The position numbers were made by a program, and so were the translations under genes. This document shows, piece after piece, positions 34,826-50,200 of a stretch of 64,000 nucleotides of DNA; the first letter of the stretch is position 1, and every line of letters starts with the position of its first letter. Origin of the DNA: Paraspadella gotoi. Taxonomy: Eukaryota; Animalia; Chaetognatha. Location: contig CM119265.1 in assembly GCA_051294375.1 (NCBI GenBank), forward strand, positions 15,846,564-15,910,563. The letters run 5' to 3'. The notes below the pieces were generated by a model, which was not told the DNA's origin, did no database searches, and worked only from the letters and a program-made list of their open reading frames with translations.

Positions 34826-37800
34826 TGAGCATTGATTGCGATCACCTTGGACGAATGGTTCGGACTTAAACTCGCTCGAGTTTGACCAGAGATGCTGTGT
34901 CCGGGGTGATAGGAGCCGATAGGAAAGAGTGAAGATGAAGAAGAGAGACTGGGAAGATGATAGTAAATGGAAAGAAAAAAATTAGTGCCTAAATTTTTTT
35001 AGAAAAAAGTAAAGAACGTTTGAATAAATTTTGCAACACAATTGATCATTGATAGTCAACCTGTATTCGTCTCAAATTCGAATTCCTTTTTAATTTACAA
35101 ACTCAACAAAAAAGAACGAGGATTTACACATAGAATATAAAGGTAGCCATCCGTTACAAAGGGAAGAGGAGATCGTTACAAAGAATTACGATAAAAATAA
35201 AGAGAGATCAGTATATTTAAAGAGGAGAGCATAACCGAAAATAAACCAAAACAAAGAGTTCGATACCTGTAATGAGAGATACGAGAACGCGACGAAGAGC
35301 GCGAGAGAGAGTTGTTAAAATAAAAGAGACGCGAGTGGCGCTGGGGCAGTTCAGTGAGAATGCATATTTCCGTATTATATCCCTTTTCTCCACCGCGGAG
35401 AATGGTTGGATCCTTGTAAGCAGGAGGATTCTGCGCGATTCGACCAAGACGAGGACCGAAACTCTTCGAGTCGAACGGTTCCAGTTCATTGGCAGATGGC
35501 GCCCCCCGGATGGCATACGCCCCGTACGACGAGTCTCCGTCCCGCTTCCGGCAGCTCCCCGGGATTTCGAGGGAGTCGAAATGTGAGTCGCATTATACGG
35601 TCCTGAGATTGTGGCCGGCGAATGGCTTTTGAAAATAGTTTATTTGGTATGTGATTGACTTGTAAATAGGTTTCGCCCAGCGCTGACTTGCCTACTGTAG
35701 TCCTTCAATAGTATTAGACCAAACGATTCATCTCACCATCTCCGATGTCAAAATGTCCTCCGTTCCAATGCCTACCTCGGGTTCGTCGGTTCGCTCTCGC
35801 GTCGTCGTCGCTCATTTGACGGTCAAATACAATTCGTATAAATTCGTCTATTTCGCTAAAAGCCTCTTTATGACTCAACCAACCATTTCCAATTTAGAAA
35901 CTTTAATACGAATTCACTCTCTTGCGACCACCCACATTTTAAAAACATCTAATTAACATGCCTAATTGCTGCGTAAAATCCCTCTTTCTCTTCCCGCTCA
36001 CTTTTGAATTAAATCCGAACCGACTTTGAAAAAAAAAACAAAAGAAAAGCACAAACAAAACGTTTCTCTCTCGAGTTTCCTTTCTCTCCGTCCTTGTGAG
36101 TAAACCGCTTCATTGCTCCTCCCCTCGGGCCCCCTGCCGACTCTCCTCCCTCCCCTCTCTAGGTACACGTTCCATCAAAATCAGTGCCCCCCGGTCACGC
36201 GCGAAGATCGAGGCCGGCGACGCGTGCTGTTAAATCGGGTGCCTACTCGGGCGCGCGGAGCGTTGTTTGTCTCCCCGCTTTTCCCGGTAGCCGTTCTACG
36301 GTCCTCCGCTTTCTGCACTCCCGCTATTATTTTCGCCTCCATTTGTTATGTTTCGTGTTTCCGAGCATGCTTCAATCATCGCCGCTGCTTCTTTTTAATG
36401 CTTTCGTTTTGCTGTTTTTGTCCCCGATCTGAGCCCCAGTCAGAAAGAGGAGCAAGATGAGAGAGAGATAGAGAGAGGGAGAGAGAGAGAGGAGAGAGAG
36501 AGAGATGAGAGAGAAGAGAGAGCCCGACTCATAACTGGTCGTTAAAGCGTCTCATCATAATTAATACGCAAACGATTCATGAATAAATCGAGAGGAAAAC
36601 GGGAGAAAGTAAATCAAAGGCTTCTATTTCATTTTGTTTGACGTTGCAGTCCGTACCTCACCTTTTCGTTTTCAAACTCCGTTCGGGTCCTAGAATTTAC
36701 TTACTTTTTTTGACCAGTAATTTGTACCGGAATACTTTTTCTTATTTGTTTTCAGTTTCAGATCTTCGCCAATTTGGAGATTTTGTTAAAAAAAGATGCT
36801 GCCTTGCACCATGGGGAATATGATATCTCCAATTTACTCATTCAAATTAAAAGAAACTTTATTAACGCCCCGCGATTCGATCCTTGGCAAAGAGGTGTTG
36901 TTAATCGAACCTGCCTCATAATATCCCTTTTCAAAAGTTTGAAACCCCAACAGGTAATTCCTTTTATCTCATCTTCTCTACCGTACTTTCTTTTTTCCAC
37001 CTGTTTTCACACCACCCCTATCCCCTCAACTTCCCCCGGCCGGGAAAAAATCTAACTATTTCGGTGATGGAAAAAAAACAAAGGAGGTGGTTTTGGTCGA
37101 GCGAAAAGCGAAACCGTTTTAAACCTTAAAAAAAAGAACAGAGAGAAAAGGGGAGATTTGAAGGACGACATCTGTTGAGGATGGGACAATCGAAATTAGC
37201 GAATGATGGTGGATAGATGGCTGGGGCGGAAAGTGTAACAGAAAAAAAAAAAAACAAGATGAATCGCCAAGATGAGAATTTAGAAGAAAATTAGCAAGAT
37301 TAAAAGTTAAAAAAAGAAGTAAAGATCGGAAATGGCGTGATTCTAACTGAGCTGGCTTAATGTCTGCGCATCAGCCAGAGTGAGTCAGCGTATGAAAAGT
37401 GAGCCAGAAGAGACGACTACGGCGCCCGGTCAATAAACGCCTGGAGATGACGACGAGACGAGTCTCGGTAAGACGGTCGCATAAGGCAGTAAGACCGACC
37501 GGATCTATCGAAGCCCTGGACTTGAAAATGTCTTGTTGAAGGTCCATGTTGTAAAGTAGATTCGTCTTGTTAGTCCTGGGCAAAGAATAACCAAAACATT
37601 TAGTACACAACCTCAGCAAAGGTATATATAAATTTAAAGTGTTCTTTCTTACTTGTTTTCTGAAGCCAATAATAAACCAAAAAGAGATGCTTCTCTTCAT
37701 AGAAAAAGTCACAAGACCCCGATCACAAAAAAATGAGATTCCGAGATATCTGAAAAAGAGTTTCTAATGCTCTGAACAAGAACTTGTGGTGGTCAAAAAC

Positions 37801-40298
37801 CAGTTGACAACTTTGCAGATCTGCGAAGATGCACTCTGGCCAGAATTCGAAAGGATCTAATCGAAATCCATTCGAAATCACGGGCACCAATAGAACGTGT
37901 ACACTGCCCTTCGGAATTGCTGTATTAAGGTATAAACAAAAAGAGAGAGCCTAAGATGTCGTGTCGACTCGCTAAGAAATGGAAGCAGTTCTTCGAGAGT
38001 GTCAGTCAACGTAAAGAGCAAGAGCAAGGCGAGGAAGAGATACGGCTAAAGAAGCTGCGAATTCCTCGATATTTAAAGAGAGTTATTCGTAAACAAAATG
38101 GCTAAAAACGTGTCAAGGTATTTATTTATTTCTACGAAAATAAAGTCAGAGATATAATAGACTTTAGAGGCTATAGAGGGCGACATCGGATATGAACACG
38201 AAGCATTTTGAAAAGGAATAACAAAGAAACTGGCTTCAGTAATTAAATCATATCCAAATTAAATGAGGTGAAAAAAAAGAAGGCAAATGGCCTGGTGAAA
38301 AAAATAGTCAAAAAGGCGAACAAGGACTTGACAAATAGGAAAATGGCAAAATGAACAATGCAGCAGGTGCGTCTCGTTTTTTCTCCTTTTTTAACTCGGA
38401 GATACATGAATCGAAATCGTATAAGCCCAGAAAACCCGACGCTGACGGTTGATTCCTCGTGGTTGGATTCGAAGAAAAAAAAAAAACAGGTATATCCAAA
38501 AGGAGGGTGGTAGTTGGAAAGAAGGGGCTTTTGCGGTCCGTCGCGTGTTAGTGTGTTGGTTATTGTGTTGTCGTTGTTGTTGTGATAGGATGATAAGAAA
38601 GCTGACGTCACTCTGAGAAGTCAGAAGAGAAGGGAAATAGAAATAGAGGGCTGGGGATTGGTTTCAAGGCGGGATCTAAATGACAGACGAGAGAAGTCGA
38701 GATACTTAGGTTCACCGGACCGCCGACGGATTATTGTGAAGAGGATTGACGAGAGAGAGAGGAAGAATAGAGCAGAGAGACAGAAAGAGAGGAAGAGATC
38801 GAGGAGAGGGGAGAGTGAGAGAGAGAGAAGAGCCAAGAGAGAGTAGAGAGAGAGAGGAGAAGGAGAGGAGAGAGAGGAGAAGAGCGAGAGCGTAGCGATT
38901 GTGTTCACCAGCGATTTCACGCCGCTCAAGAAGTTCTACAACGAGCAAGAGCCGCGCCCCGTCGTAGTGAAAAGAGTGGGGATAAAGTTACGGAAGGATG
39001 ATAGGAGACGGGAGGCGGGGGGGGGGTGCTTTCGAGAAATAACGCCAAGAGACAAAAGAAAAAGAAAAGCCTTTGGAAACAATTATGCAAAGCGAGAAAA
39101 GAGAAAGTCACTCCGGTCGCGCCAAAACGCCCCCCCCCGCCCCCGCCCGCAAACAGGACCCCGCGCCTCCGCGATTACGACGAGAGATGGGTTTCGAGGC
39201 GACAATTTCTTACCGACGACAAAACTGAGCAGAGATACGTTTGAAACTGTATATGTGAGATTACGACTTATAGTTCGGAGCCGTGGAAATATATTTAAAC
39301 CTTTTTCTGAGCCGACGCGATGCCGGCGACCCATGTCCCGGAAAGAACCAACCGAGACGAAGACAATTTAAAAGAATAAATTAAAAAAAAAAGAAAAAAA
39401 AAACTTTATAGTTAACCCAGGATGTTACTATATGTTAACTAAAACGATGAAGCCTCAATTGATTTTTTGGATGAAAAAGGGAGAGCCAAAGCAGCCGAAA
39501 AGTAATCGAGATGACCCCGACGGCCACGAATGAAGACGAAGACAGTGATTGTTTTTTGTTGCGTTGTTTTGTTCTTGTTTATTTTTGTTTGCTTATTTTT
39601 TTGTTGTTTTTGTATGTTTTGTTTGTTTTGTGTTGTCAAAGGGAACGATCAAGAAACACTTTTCATGCTTATTGCATAATAATGTCATGCGGGACGATTA
39701 ATAGAGACATGGAGAAAAAGTTCGAATATCAAAGAAAAAGTTGTAGTTAAAGAAAAGCAACGATGAATAATGTGGCTCTACTAAGTTTAAGTTATTAAAA
39801 GAATTCGACGCGACAGCACGACCTGAACGACAGAATTCTCTGCATTTCTTCTCTTTCATCCGCTTTTGCATAAAGGCGATGAAAAAGGAAAATCGAAACT
39901 TTCTCTATGGAGATTCTTGAATTTTGGATGCGAAGGGAAAGGACGTCGTTGTCGATAGCGGTTCATCATTCTCTATCGGATCACTCAATCATCATCATCA
40001 CTCAATCATCATCATCATCATCATATGCGGGTGTCAAAAAATCTTGAACACGATTTCAAGAAGAGAAGTAAGTGGAAATAAAATAAATACGACAAATAGA
40101 AAAAAAAAAAAATGAACGGAAAGAGATCTTGAAAATTGAGAACCTGGGCAAAGTCGTAGATTTCCTTTTAACGAGACCATAAAAAGAAATCCCTCTAAAT
40201 CGGATCAAAGGAGAGCGAAATGAAAATCTAGAAAACTGAGGAGAGAGAGAGAGTGAAAGAGAGAGAGAGACGAGAGAGAGGAGAGAGACGGAGAGCGC

Positions 40299-40346
<48 letters not shown>

Positions 40347-43305
40347 GAAGATTAAGAACAAAAGAAAAGAACCAAGTGAGAAAAAAGGAGAGAGCAAAGG
40401 AGGAGAAGGAATGAAAACAAAAGAAAAAGCCAAGAAATAAAAACAAGGAAAAAAAAAAGAAGATATAACAAAAAAGGAAAAAAAAGAATACAATGAGAAA
40501 GAGAAAAAAAAAGGGAGGAGAGAAAAGGAAGGGAAACTGAAAAAGAGAGAAGAAAAAGAAGAATAGAGGAGAAAGAAAAATAAGAGAGAGAGAGAAGAGA
40601 GAGATTATAAGTTTAGTTGTGATAAATATTCCAATCACGTCAACGGACGTAAACGGAACGAAAGAGGAAGAAAAGTACGCAATCGACGCCAATCCCTCCA
40701 TCCATCCTCCTCTCTCCTCCACAACCATCTCCCACTCCTACGATCTGTATTTTTCCTCTTTATCCAGCCCATTTCTTCTTCTTCTATCTTTCTTCTTCTT
40801 CTTCTTTCTTCTTCTTGCTTCTTCATTCTTTCATCTTGTTCATTCCTTCTCTTCTTCTTCTTACTTCTTGCTTTCACCTCATTATCCTCCTCTCCACTTC
40901 CTCTTCCTCTTCCATCTTCTTCCAACTGTCCCGTTTTCCTTTCCTAGTTTATTTTTTCCTCCTCGGCAAAGTCAGAGTGACGCCTCTTCCTCTTTTTCTC
41001 CTCCCCTTTTGCTCTCTCCAATTCGCCCCCCACGCCCACGTCGCCCCCCTTCGCCTCAATTTGTTCGTTTGTTTTTTCTTCTTCTCTTCTTCTTCATCTC
41101 TGTCTTTTTCTTCCCATTCATCTCCCATATGCGAAATCTTTCGCCTCTGACCTTCTTTTTCAAGACGAGGACGGATTTAATAAAGTAATTTAGATCCCTT
41201 TGTTTCTCCCCTGGTCACGTACGTCCGTCGCCTCTATTCTCGCAAACTATATTTAAAATATCTCTATCTTTCTTTACTATATTAGTATAATATTATACTT
41301 CCCATTTAAGGAACCAAATACGCCTGGGAGTGATAAACTAGACTGTGATAGAGTCTACCACCATACCAGGAGACCCTACCGAAACCGACCCCCAAAAAAA
41401 TTTCACTAGATTGTATAACAACTTATCGAATAAAAAATGTTATAATCTGATACGCAATACACATCAACACAATTGTTAGTTTTTATAGACGTCATTCCAG
41501 CGGCTAATTATTAACGTCAAAACCCACAGCAACCGGAGCCAAAGTTTAAGTTTGGAGAGTTTACAAGAGCTAGATGGCTATGCGCATACTCAAGATTTAG
41601 CCATCGGTCACGACCCAAGTTGTCAACGCTTATATACAATATAACCTTACTTGCTACTAAGTCATACACCAGACCAACCATAACCACTCGACTCCATCAG
41701 ACTATCCAAACAGTTTTTTTTCTATTCCCAAATACTTTTCTCATTTCCTCCCTTTTTCTCCCTTCTCTCTCGCCTTCCTCTTATTTTTTTGTTCTGACTC
41801 CTTTTTTACGTGGCCCTGCACGCCGCTTTCACGCCACTTCCGGCTGGTTCTCATAAACTAAATGATCCGTCCTTATCACATCATCTCTTTGCAATCGCTC
41901 TCCTGCGTTTCTTTCCTTTCCCATTTTTTTATTTCTAACCCTTCCCAAACCTTACAGACTCATCGCCAAATATTTACCTCCCCTCTCAACCTGTTCTTAG
42001 TTTTTTTTTGTTTTTTAATTGAGAAAACAAGACAAATTATTGAAAGATCATGACCATTTTTGCCTGCTACTAAACGTGACGGGAAATTCATATACAACAG
42101 CCAACTATGTTGCAGTATCTCGGACAAGGTTATTTAAAAATATAAAACTTTTATTTAAAATAAAAATGAGCAAAAATATATATTTTGCTTCCTAGTAAAA
42201 AGAAATACAAGTCAACTGTTAGCCGCTCCGGTTCATTCTCTGTCCCGCGGCTCGGTCCGTGACTTTCGGAATACAAATTCTCAAAATCTAATGACTGCCG
42301 CGACCGCCGTCCTAGAAATCTAAACTAATAAGAAACTAAAAAGACCAAATTTCTGATGCAGTCTACTGCATGAAACTAACACGTTATGAAAGTTTTATTA
42401 GTCATCATGATATTGTTTATGTGATCAAATGGAAATAACACTTGAAATAAAATCACTAGGGCCAACACGATTGGCATGAACCGTATTGTTATAACCTGTT
42501 ACAGATGTCTGTACGACAATACACGTGAGCAACGACGGAAGAGTTAGCAGACCCGAACAGGGTGATAGAATGAAAGGCATCAAAACTCGCAGCGAGGAAT
42601 GCAAAAGATAAATCGCCGTCCCTTTTTTCTTCATGAAAACGATCACCAATTTTCTATATAAAAAATAAACAACATTTCTTTCCTCCAGTATTCTTCTTTT
42701 TGATGACATGTTGTCGAAACAAGAAAGGAATGTCTCTTTATCCACCTTTTCCCTTTCGCTCAAAAATGCCGCTAGGAGTCCGAACACTCACTCCCTCGCC
42801 AACCCCGAATTCAGAACGATCGAAACAAGACGACAATTTTCTCGGCGACCGACAAAAAAAAAACAACAAAAAAAAAAAAACAAAAAAACACACCGCACGA
42901 TAGCGACAATATCATCTTATTTCAAGAAATTACCAACCTACCATCGACCCAAGCAGATTCCAAGCGAAGCGGAAAAAAAACGAAAAGAAAAAACAGTTCA
43001 CTCTTTTTCCTCCGAAACGAAACAAAAAAAAGACTTCGTCGGAGTCACAATACGTCACAATCTGCCTCTCCTTCCTCCCTCCTCCTCTCTCGTCTCTATT
43101 TCTCGGTCTTCCTGATCAGCTTCCGACTCCTACTTTCTTCCTTTTTTTTCCTCTCTCTTCTCCTTTCGCTCCATTTGTTCTCTTTAGCCGACGTGGCCGA
43201 GTTATCCGTGCTCACCCCATTCCCACCTCCTTTCCTCCCCTACATTTTTTGGCCCTTGTAATCCACGCACTCCGGTCGCCCGCTTCTCCTCAGTTCAAGT
43301 TCTGC
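34826..43305 (+). repeat. ~8.5-kb segment, copy A (reference copy of the large duplication)
   Basis: Its start gagcattga..cttaaactcgctcgagtttgacca recurs at ~43318 and ~54275. Its body recurs inverted at 44283-51755. Confidence 0.85.
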
Positions 43306-43317
43306 TCTCTCTCTCTC

Positions 43318-44257
43318 TGAGCATTGATGCGTCGACCTTGGGACGAATGGGTTCGACTTAAACTCGCTCGAGTTTGACCAAAGATGCTCGTGTCCGGGGT
43401 GATAGGGAGCGATAGAAAGAGGAAGATAGAGAGAGAGAGACTGGAAGATAGATAGTAAATGGAAAGAAAAAAATTAAAGCGCTAAATTTTTTTAGAAAAA
43501 AGTTTAAAGAACAGTTTGAATAAATTTGCAACAACAATTGATTTATTGATAGACGAACCTGTTTCGGCTCAAATTCGAATTACATTAATTTACAAACTCA
43601 ACAAAAAAGAAACGATTTACACATAGAAAAAAAGTAGCATCGCTGTTTAAAAAGGGAAAGAGTTCGTTACAAAGACTACGATAAAAATAAAGAGAGATCA
43701 GTATATTAAAAGGGAGAGCATAACGAAAATAAACAAAATAAAAGAGTTCGATATGTAATGGTAGATACGAGAACGCGACGAAGAGAGCGAGAGAGAGTTG
43801 TTAAAATAAAAGAGAGCGCGTGGCGCTGGGACAGTTCAGTGAAATGATATTCGTATTTATCCCTTTTCTCCCCGCGGAGAATGCGTTGGATCGTTAAGCG
43901 GAGATTCTGCGCGATTCGACCAACGAGGGACGAAACTCTTCGGTCGAACGGTTCCATTCATTGGCCAGATGGCGCCGCCGATGGCATCGCCCCGTGACGA
44001 CGACGCCGTCCCTCCCGCTTCGGCACTCCCGGGGATTCGAGAGCCGAAATGAGAGTCGCATTATCACGGTCCTGAGATTGTGGCCGGCGAATGGCTTTTT
44101 GAAAATGAGTTTATTTGCGTATTTATTGACTTGTAAATAGGTTCGCCAGCGCTGACTTTCCTACTTAGTCCTAATATATTCAACCAACGTATTCATCTCA
44201 CCATCTCGATGTCAAATTGTCCTCCTTCAATGCCTACCTCGTCGTCGTCGTCGTCGT
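43318..44257 (+). repeat. Direct partial copy of the first ~950 bp of copy A
   Basis: Collinear with 34826-~35810 but with many small indels; ends at a 25-N gap. Confidence 0.85.
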
Positions 44258-44282
44258 NNNNNNNNNNNNNNNNNNNNNNNNN

Positions 44283-47241
44283 GCAGAACTTGAACTGAGG
44301 AGAAGCGGGCGACCGGAGTGCGTGGATTACAAGGGCCAAAAAATGTAGGGGAGGAAAGGAGGTGGGAATGGGGTGAGCACGGATAACTCGGCCACGTCGG
44401 CTAAAGAGAACAAATGGAGCGAAAGGAGAAGAGAGAGGAAAAAAAAGGAAGAAAGTAGGAGTCGGAAGCTGATCAGGAAGACCGAGAAATAGAGACGAGA
44501 GAGGAGGAGGGAGGAAGGAGAGGCAGATTGTGACGTATTGTGACTCCGACGAAGTCTTTTTTTTGTTTCGTTTCGGAGGAAAAAGAGTGAACTGTTTTTT
44601 CTTTTCGTTTTTTTTCCGCTTCGCTTGGAATCTGCTTGGGTCGATGGTAGGTTGGTAATTTCTTGAAATAAGATGATATTGTCGCTATCGTGCGGTGTGT
44701 TTTTTTGTTTTTTTTTTTTTGTTGTTTTTTTTTTGTCGGTCGCCGAGAAAATTGTCGTCTTGTTTCGATCGTTCTGAATTCGGGGTTGGCGAGGGAGTGA
44801 GTGTTCGGACTCCTAGCGGCATTTTTGAGCGAAAGGGAAAAGGTGGATAAAGAGACATTCCTTTCTTGTTTCGACAACATGTCATCAAAAAGAAGAATAC
44901 TGGAGGAAAGAAATGTTGTTTATTTTTTATATAGAAAATTGGTGATCGTTTTCATGAAGAAAAAAGGGACGGCGATTTATCTTTTGCATTCCTCGCTGCG
45001 AGTTTTGATGCCTTTCATTCTATCACCCTGTTCGGGTCTGCTAACTCTTCCGTCGTTGCTCACGTGTATTGTCGTACAGACATCTGTAACAGGTTATAAC
45101 AATACGGTTCATGCCAATCGTGTTGGCCCTAGTGATTTTATTTCAAGTGTTATTTCCATTTGATCACATAAACAATATCATGATGACTAATAAAACTTTC
45201 ATAACGTGTTAGTTTCATGCAGTAGACTGCATCAGAAATTTGGTCTTTTTAGTTTCTTATTAGTTTAGATTTCTAGGACGGCGGTCGCGGCAGTCATTAG
45301 ATTTTGAGAATTTGTATTCCGAAAGTCACGGACCGAGCCGCGGGACAGAGAATGAACCGGAGCGGCTAACAGTTGACTTGTATTTCTTTTTACTAGGAAG
45401 CAAAATATATATTTTTGCTCATTTTTATTTTAAATAAAAGTTTTATATTTTTAAATAACCTTGTCCGAGATACTGCAACATAGTTGGCTGTTGTATATGA
45501 ATTTCCCGTCACGTTTAGTAGCAGGCAAAAATGGTCATGATCTTTCAATAATTTGTCTTGTTTTCTCAATTAAAAAACAAAAAAAAACTAAGAACAGGTT
45601 GAGAGGGGAGGTAAATATTTGGCGATGAGTCTGTAAGGTTTGGGAAGGGTTAGAAATAAAAAAATGGGAAAGGAAAGAAACGCAGGAGAGCGATTGCAAA
45701 GAGATGATGTGATAAGGACGGATCATTTAGTTTATGAGAACCAGCCGGAAGTGGCGTGAAAGCGGCGTGCAGGGCCACGTAAAAAAGGAGTCAGAACAAA
45801 AAAATAAGAGGAAGGCGAGAGAGAAGGGAGAAAAAGGGAGGAAATGAGAAAAGTATTTGGGAATAGAAAAAAAACTGTTTGGATAGTCTGATGGAGTCGA
45901 GTGGTTATGGTTGGTCTGGTGTATGACTTAGTAGCAAGTAAGGTTATATTGTATATAAGCGTTGACAACTTGGGTCGTGACCGATGGCTAAATCTTGAGT
46001 ATGCGCATAGCCATCTAGCTCTTGTAAACTCTCCAAACTTAAACTTTGGCTCCGGTTGCTGTGGGTTTTGACGTTAATAATTAGCCGCTGGAATGACGTC
46101 TATAAAAACTAACAATTGTGTTGATGTGTATTGCGTATCAGATTATAACATTTTTTATTCGATAAGTTGTTATACAATCTAGTGAAATTTTTTTGGGGGT
46201 CGGTTTCGGTAGGGTCTCCTGGTATGGTGGTAGACTCTATCACAGTCTAGTTTATCACTCCCAGGCGTATTTGGTTCCTTAAATGGGAAGTATAATATTA
46301 TACTAATATAGTAAAGAAAGATAGAGATATTTTAAATATAGTTTGCGAGAATAGAGGCGACGGACGTACGTGACCAGGGGAGAAACAAAGGGATCTAAAT
46401 TACTTTATTAAATCCGTCCTCGTCTTGAAAAAGAAGGTCAGAGGCGAAAGATTTCGCATATGGGAGATGAATGGGAAGAAAAAGACAGAGATGAAGAAGA
46501 AGAGAAGAAGAAAAAACAAACGAACAAATTGAGGCGAAGGGGGGCGACGTGGGCGTGGGGGGCGAATTGGAGAGAGCAAAAGGGGAGGAGAAAAAGAGGA
46601 AGAGGCGTCACTCTGACTTTGCCGAGGAGGAAAAAATAAACTAGGAAAGGAAAACGGGACAGTTGGAAGAAGATGGAAGAGGAAGAGGAAGTGGAGAGGA
46701 GGATAATGAGGTGAAAGCAAGAAGTAAGAAGAAGAAGAGAAGGAATGAACAAGATGAAAGAATGAAGAAGCAAGAAGAAGAAAGAAGAAGAAGAAGAAAG
46801 ATAGAAGAAGAAGAAATGGGCTGGATAAAGAGGAAAAATACAGATCGTAGGAGTGGGAGATGGTTGTGGAGGAGAGAGGAGGATGGATGGAGGGATTGGC
46901 GTCGATTGCGTACTTTTCTTCCTCTTTCGTTCCGTTTACGTCCGTTGACGTGATTGGAATATTTATCACAACTAAACTTATAATCTCTCTCTTCTCTCTC
47001 TCTCTTATTTTTCTTTCTCCTCTATTCTTCTTTTTCTTCTCTCTTTTTCAGTTTCCCTTCCTTTTCTCTCCTCCCTTTTTTTTTCTCTTTCTCATTGTAT
47101 TCTTTTTTTTCCTTTTTTGTTATATCTTCTTTTTTTTTTCCTTGTTTTTATTTCTTGGCTTTTTCTTTTGTTTTCATTCCTTCTCCTCCTTTGCTCTCTC
47201 CTTTTTTCTCACTTGGTTCTTTTCTTTTGTTCTTAATCTTC

Positions 47242-47289
<48 letters not shown>

Positions 47290-50200
47290 GCGCTCTCCGT
47301 CTCTCTCCTCTCTCTCGTCTCTCTCTCTCTTTCACTCTCTCTCTCTCCTCAGTTTTCTAGATTTTCATTTCGCTCTCCTTTGATCCGATTTAGAGGGATT
47401 TCTTTTTATGGTCTCGTTAAAAGGAAATCTACGACTTTGCCCAGGTTCTCAATTTTCAAGATCTCTTTCCGTTCATTTTTTTTTTTTTCTATTTGTCGTA
47501 TTTATTTTATTTCCACTTACTTCTCTTCTTGAAATCGTGTTCAAGATTTTTTGACACCCGCATATGATGATGATGATGATGATTGAGTGATGATGATGAT
47601 TGAGTGATCCGATAGAGAATGATGAACCGCTATCGACAACGACGTCCTTTCCCTTCGCATCCAAAATTCAAGAATCTCCATAGAGAAAGTTTCGATTTTC
47701 CTTTTTCATCGCCTTTATGCAAAAGCGGATGAAAGAGAAGAAATGCAGAGAATTCTGTCGTTCAGGTCGTGCTGTCGCGTCGAATTCTTTTAATAACTTA
47801 AACTTAGTAGAGCCACATTATTCATCGTTGCTTTTCTTTAACTACAACTTTTTCTTTGATATTCGAACTTTTTCTCCATGTCTCTATTAATCGTCCCGCA
47901 TGACATTATTATGCAATAAGCATGAAAAGTGTTTCTTGATCGTTCCCTTTGACAACACAAAACAAACAAAACATACAAAAACAACAAAAAAATAAGCAAA
48001 CAAAAATAAACAAGAACAAAACAACGCAACAAAAAACAATCACTGTCTTCGTCTTCATTCGTGGCCGTCGGGGTCATCTCGATTACTTTTCGGCTGCTTT
48101 GGCTCTCCCTTTTTCATCCAAAAAATCAATTGAGGCTTCATCGTTTTAGTTAACATATAGTAACATCCTGGGTTAACTATAAAGTTTTTTTTTTCTTTTT
48201 TTTTTAATTTATTCTTTTAAATTGTCTTCGTCTCGGTTGGTTCTTTCCGGGACATGGGTCGCCGGCATCGCGTCGGCTCAGAAAAAGGTTTAAATATATT
48301 TCCACGGCTCCGAACTATAAGTCGTAATCTCACATATACAGTTTCAAACGTATCTCTGCTCAGTTTTGTCGTCGGTAAGAAATTGTCGCCTCGAAACCCA
48401 TCTCTCGTCGTAATCGCGGAGGCGCGGGGTCCTGTTTGCGGGCGGGGGCGGGGGGGGGCGTTTTGGCGCGACCGGAGTGACTTTCTCTTTTCTCGCTTTG
48501 CATAATTGTTTCCAAAGGCTTTTCTTTTTCTTTTGTCTCTTGGCGTTATTTCTCGAAAGCACCCCCCCCCCGCCTCCCGTCTCCTATCATCCTTCCGTAA
48601 CTTTATCCCCACTCTTTTCACTACGACGGGGCGCGGCTCTTGCTCGTTGTAGAACTTCTTGAGCGGCGTGAAATCGCTGGTGAACACAATCGCTACGCTC
48701 TCGCTCTTCTCCTCTCTCTCCTCTCCTTCTCCTCTCTCTCTCTACTCTCTCTTGGCTCTTCTCTCTCTCTCACTCTCCCCTCTCCTCGATCTCTTCCTCT
48801 CTTTCTGTCTCTCTGCTCTATTCTTCCTCTCTCTCTCGTCAATCCTCTTCACAATAATCCGTCGGCGGTCCGGTGAACCTAAGTATCTCGACTTCTCTCG
48901 TCTGTCATTTAGATCCCGCCTTGAAACCAATCCCCAGCCCTCTATTTCTATTTCCCTTCTCTTCTGACTTCTCAGAGTGACGTCAGCTTTCTTATCATCC
49001 TATCACAACAACAACGACAACCAATAACAACAATAAAACGCGACGACCGCAAAAAGGCCCCTCTATTTTCCAAACTAAAACCCCCTCTCTTTTGGAAACC
49101 TGTTTTTTATTTTTCGAATTCCAACACGAGAATCAACCGTCAGCGTCGGGTTTTCTGGCTTAGTACGATTTCGATTCATGTATCGTCGATTAAAAAAGGA
49201 GAAAAAGCGAGACGCACCTGCCTTGCATTGCCTTTGCCATTTTCTATTTGTCCAAGTCCTTTGTTTCGCACTTTGATATTTTTTTCACAGGACCTTTGCC
49301 TTCTTTTTTTTCACCTCATTTTAATTTGGATTGATTTAATGTCTGAAGCAAGTTTCTTTTGTTTATTCCTTTTCAAATGCTTCGTGTCATATTCCGTGTC
49401 GCTCTATAGCCTCTAAAGTCTATTAATCTTGACTTTATTTTCGTAGAAATAAATAAATACCTTGACACGTTTTTAGCCATTTTGTTTACGAATAACTCTC
49501 TTTAAATATCGAGGAATTCGCAGCTTCTTTAGCCGTATCTCTTCCTCGCCTTGCTCTTGCTCTTTACGTTGACTGACACTCTCGAAGAACTGCTTCCATT
49601 TCTTAGCGAGTCGACACGACATCTTAGGCTCTCTCTTTTTGTTTATACCTTAATACAGCAATTCCGAAGGGCAGTGTACACGTTCTATTGGTGCCCGTGA
49701 TTTCGAATGGATTTCGATTAGATCCTTTCGAATTCTGGCCAGAGTGCATCTTCGCAGATCTGCAAAGTTGTCAACTGGTTTTTGACCACCACAAGTTCTT
49801 GTTCAGAGCATTAGAAACTCTTTTTCAGATATCTCGGAATCTCATTTTTTTGTGATCGGGGTCTTGTGACTTTTTCTATGAAGAGAAGCATCTCTTTTTG
49901 GTTTATTATTGGCTTCAGAAAACAAGTAAGAAAGAACACTTTAAATTTATATATACCTTTGCTGAGGTTGTGTACTAAATGTTTTGGTTATTCTTTGCCC
50001 AGGACTAACAAGACGAATCTACTTTACAACATGGACCTTCAACAAGACATTTTCAAGTCCAGGGCTTCGATAGATCCGGTCGGTCTTACTGCCTTATGCG
50101 ACCGTCTTACCGAGACTCGTCTCGTCGTCATCTCCAGGCGTTTATTGACCGGGCGCCGTAGTCGTCTCTTCTGGCTCACTTTTCATACGCTGACTCACTC

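Noticed and set aside
34826-43305. rDNA, histone-cluster or viral/Polinton identity for the 8.5-kb repeat unit
   Set aside because: No rRNA, histone, capsid, polymerase or transposase motifs were recognised; composition looks like ordinary intron-rich host DNA.
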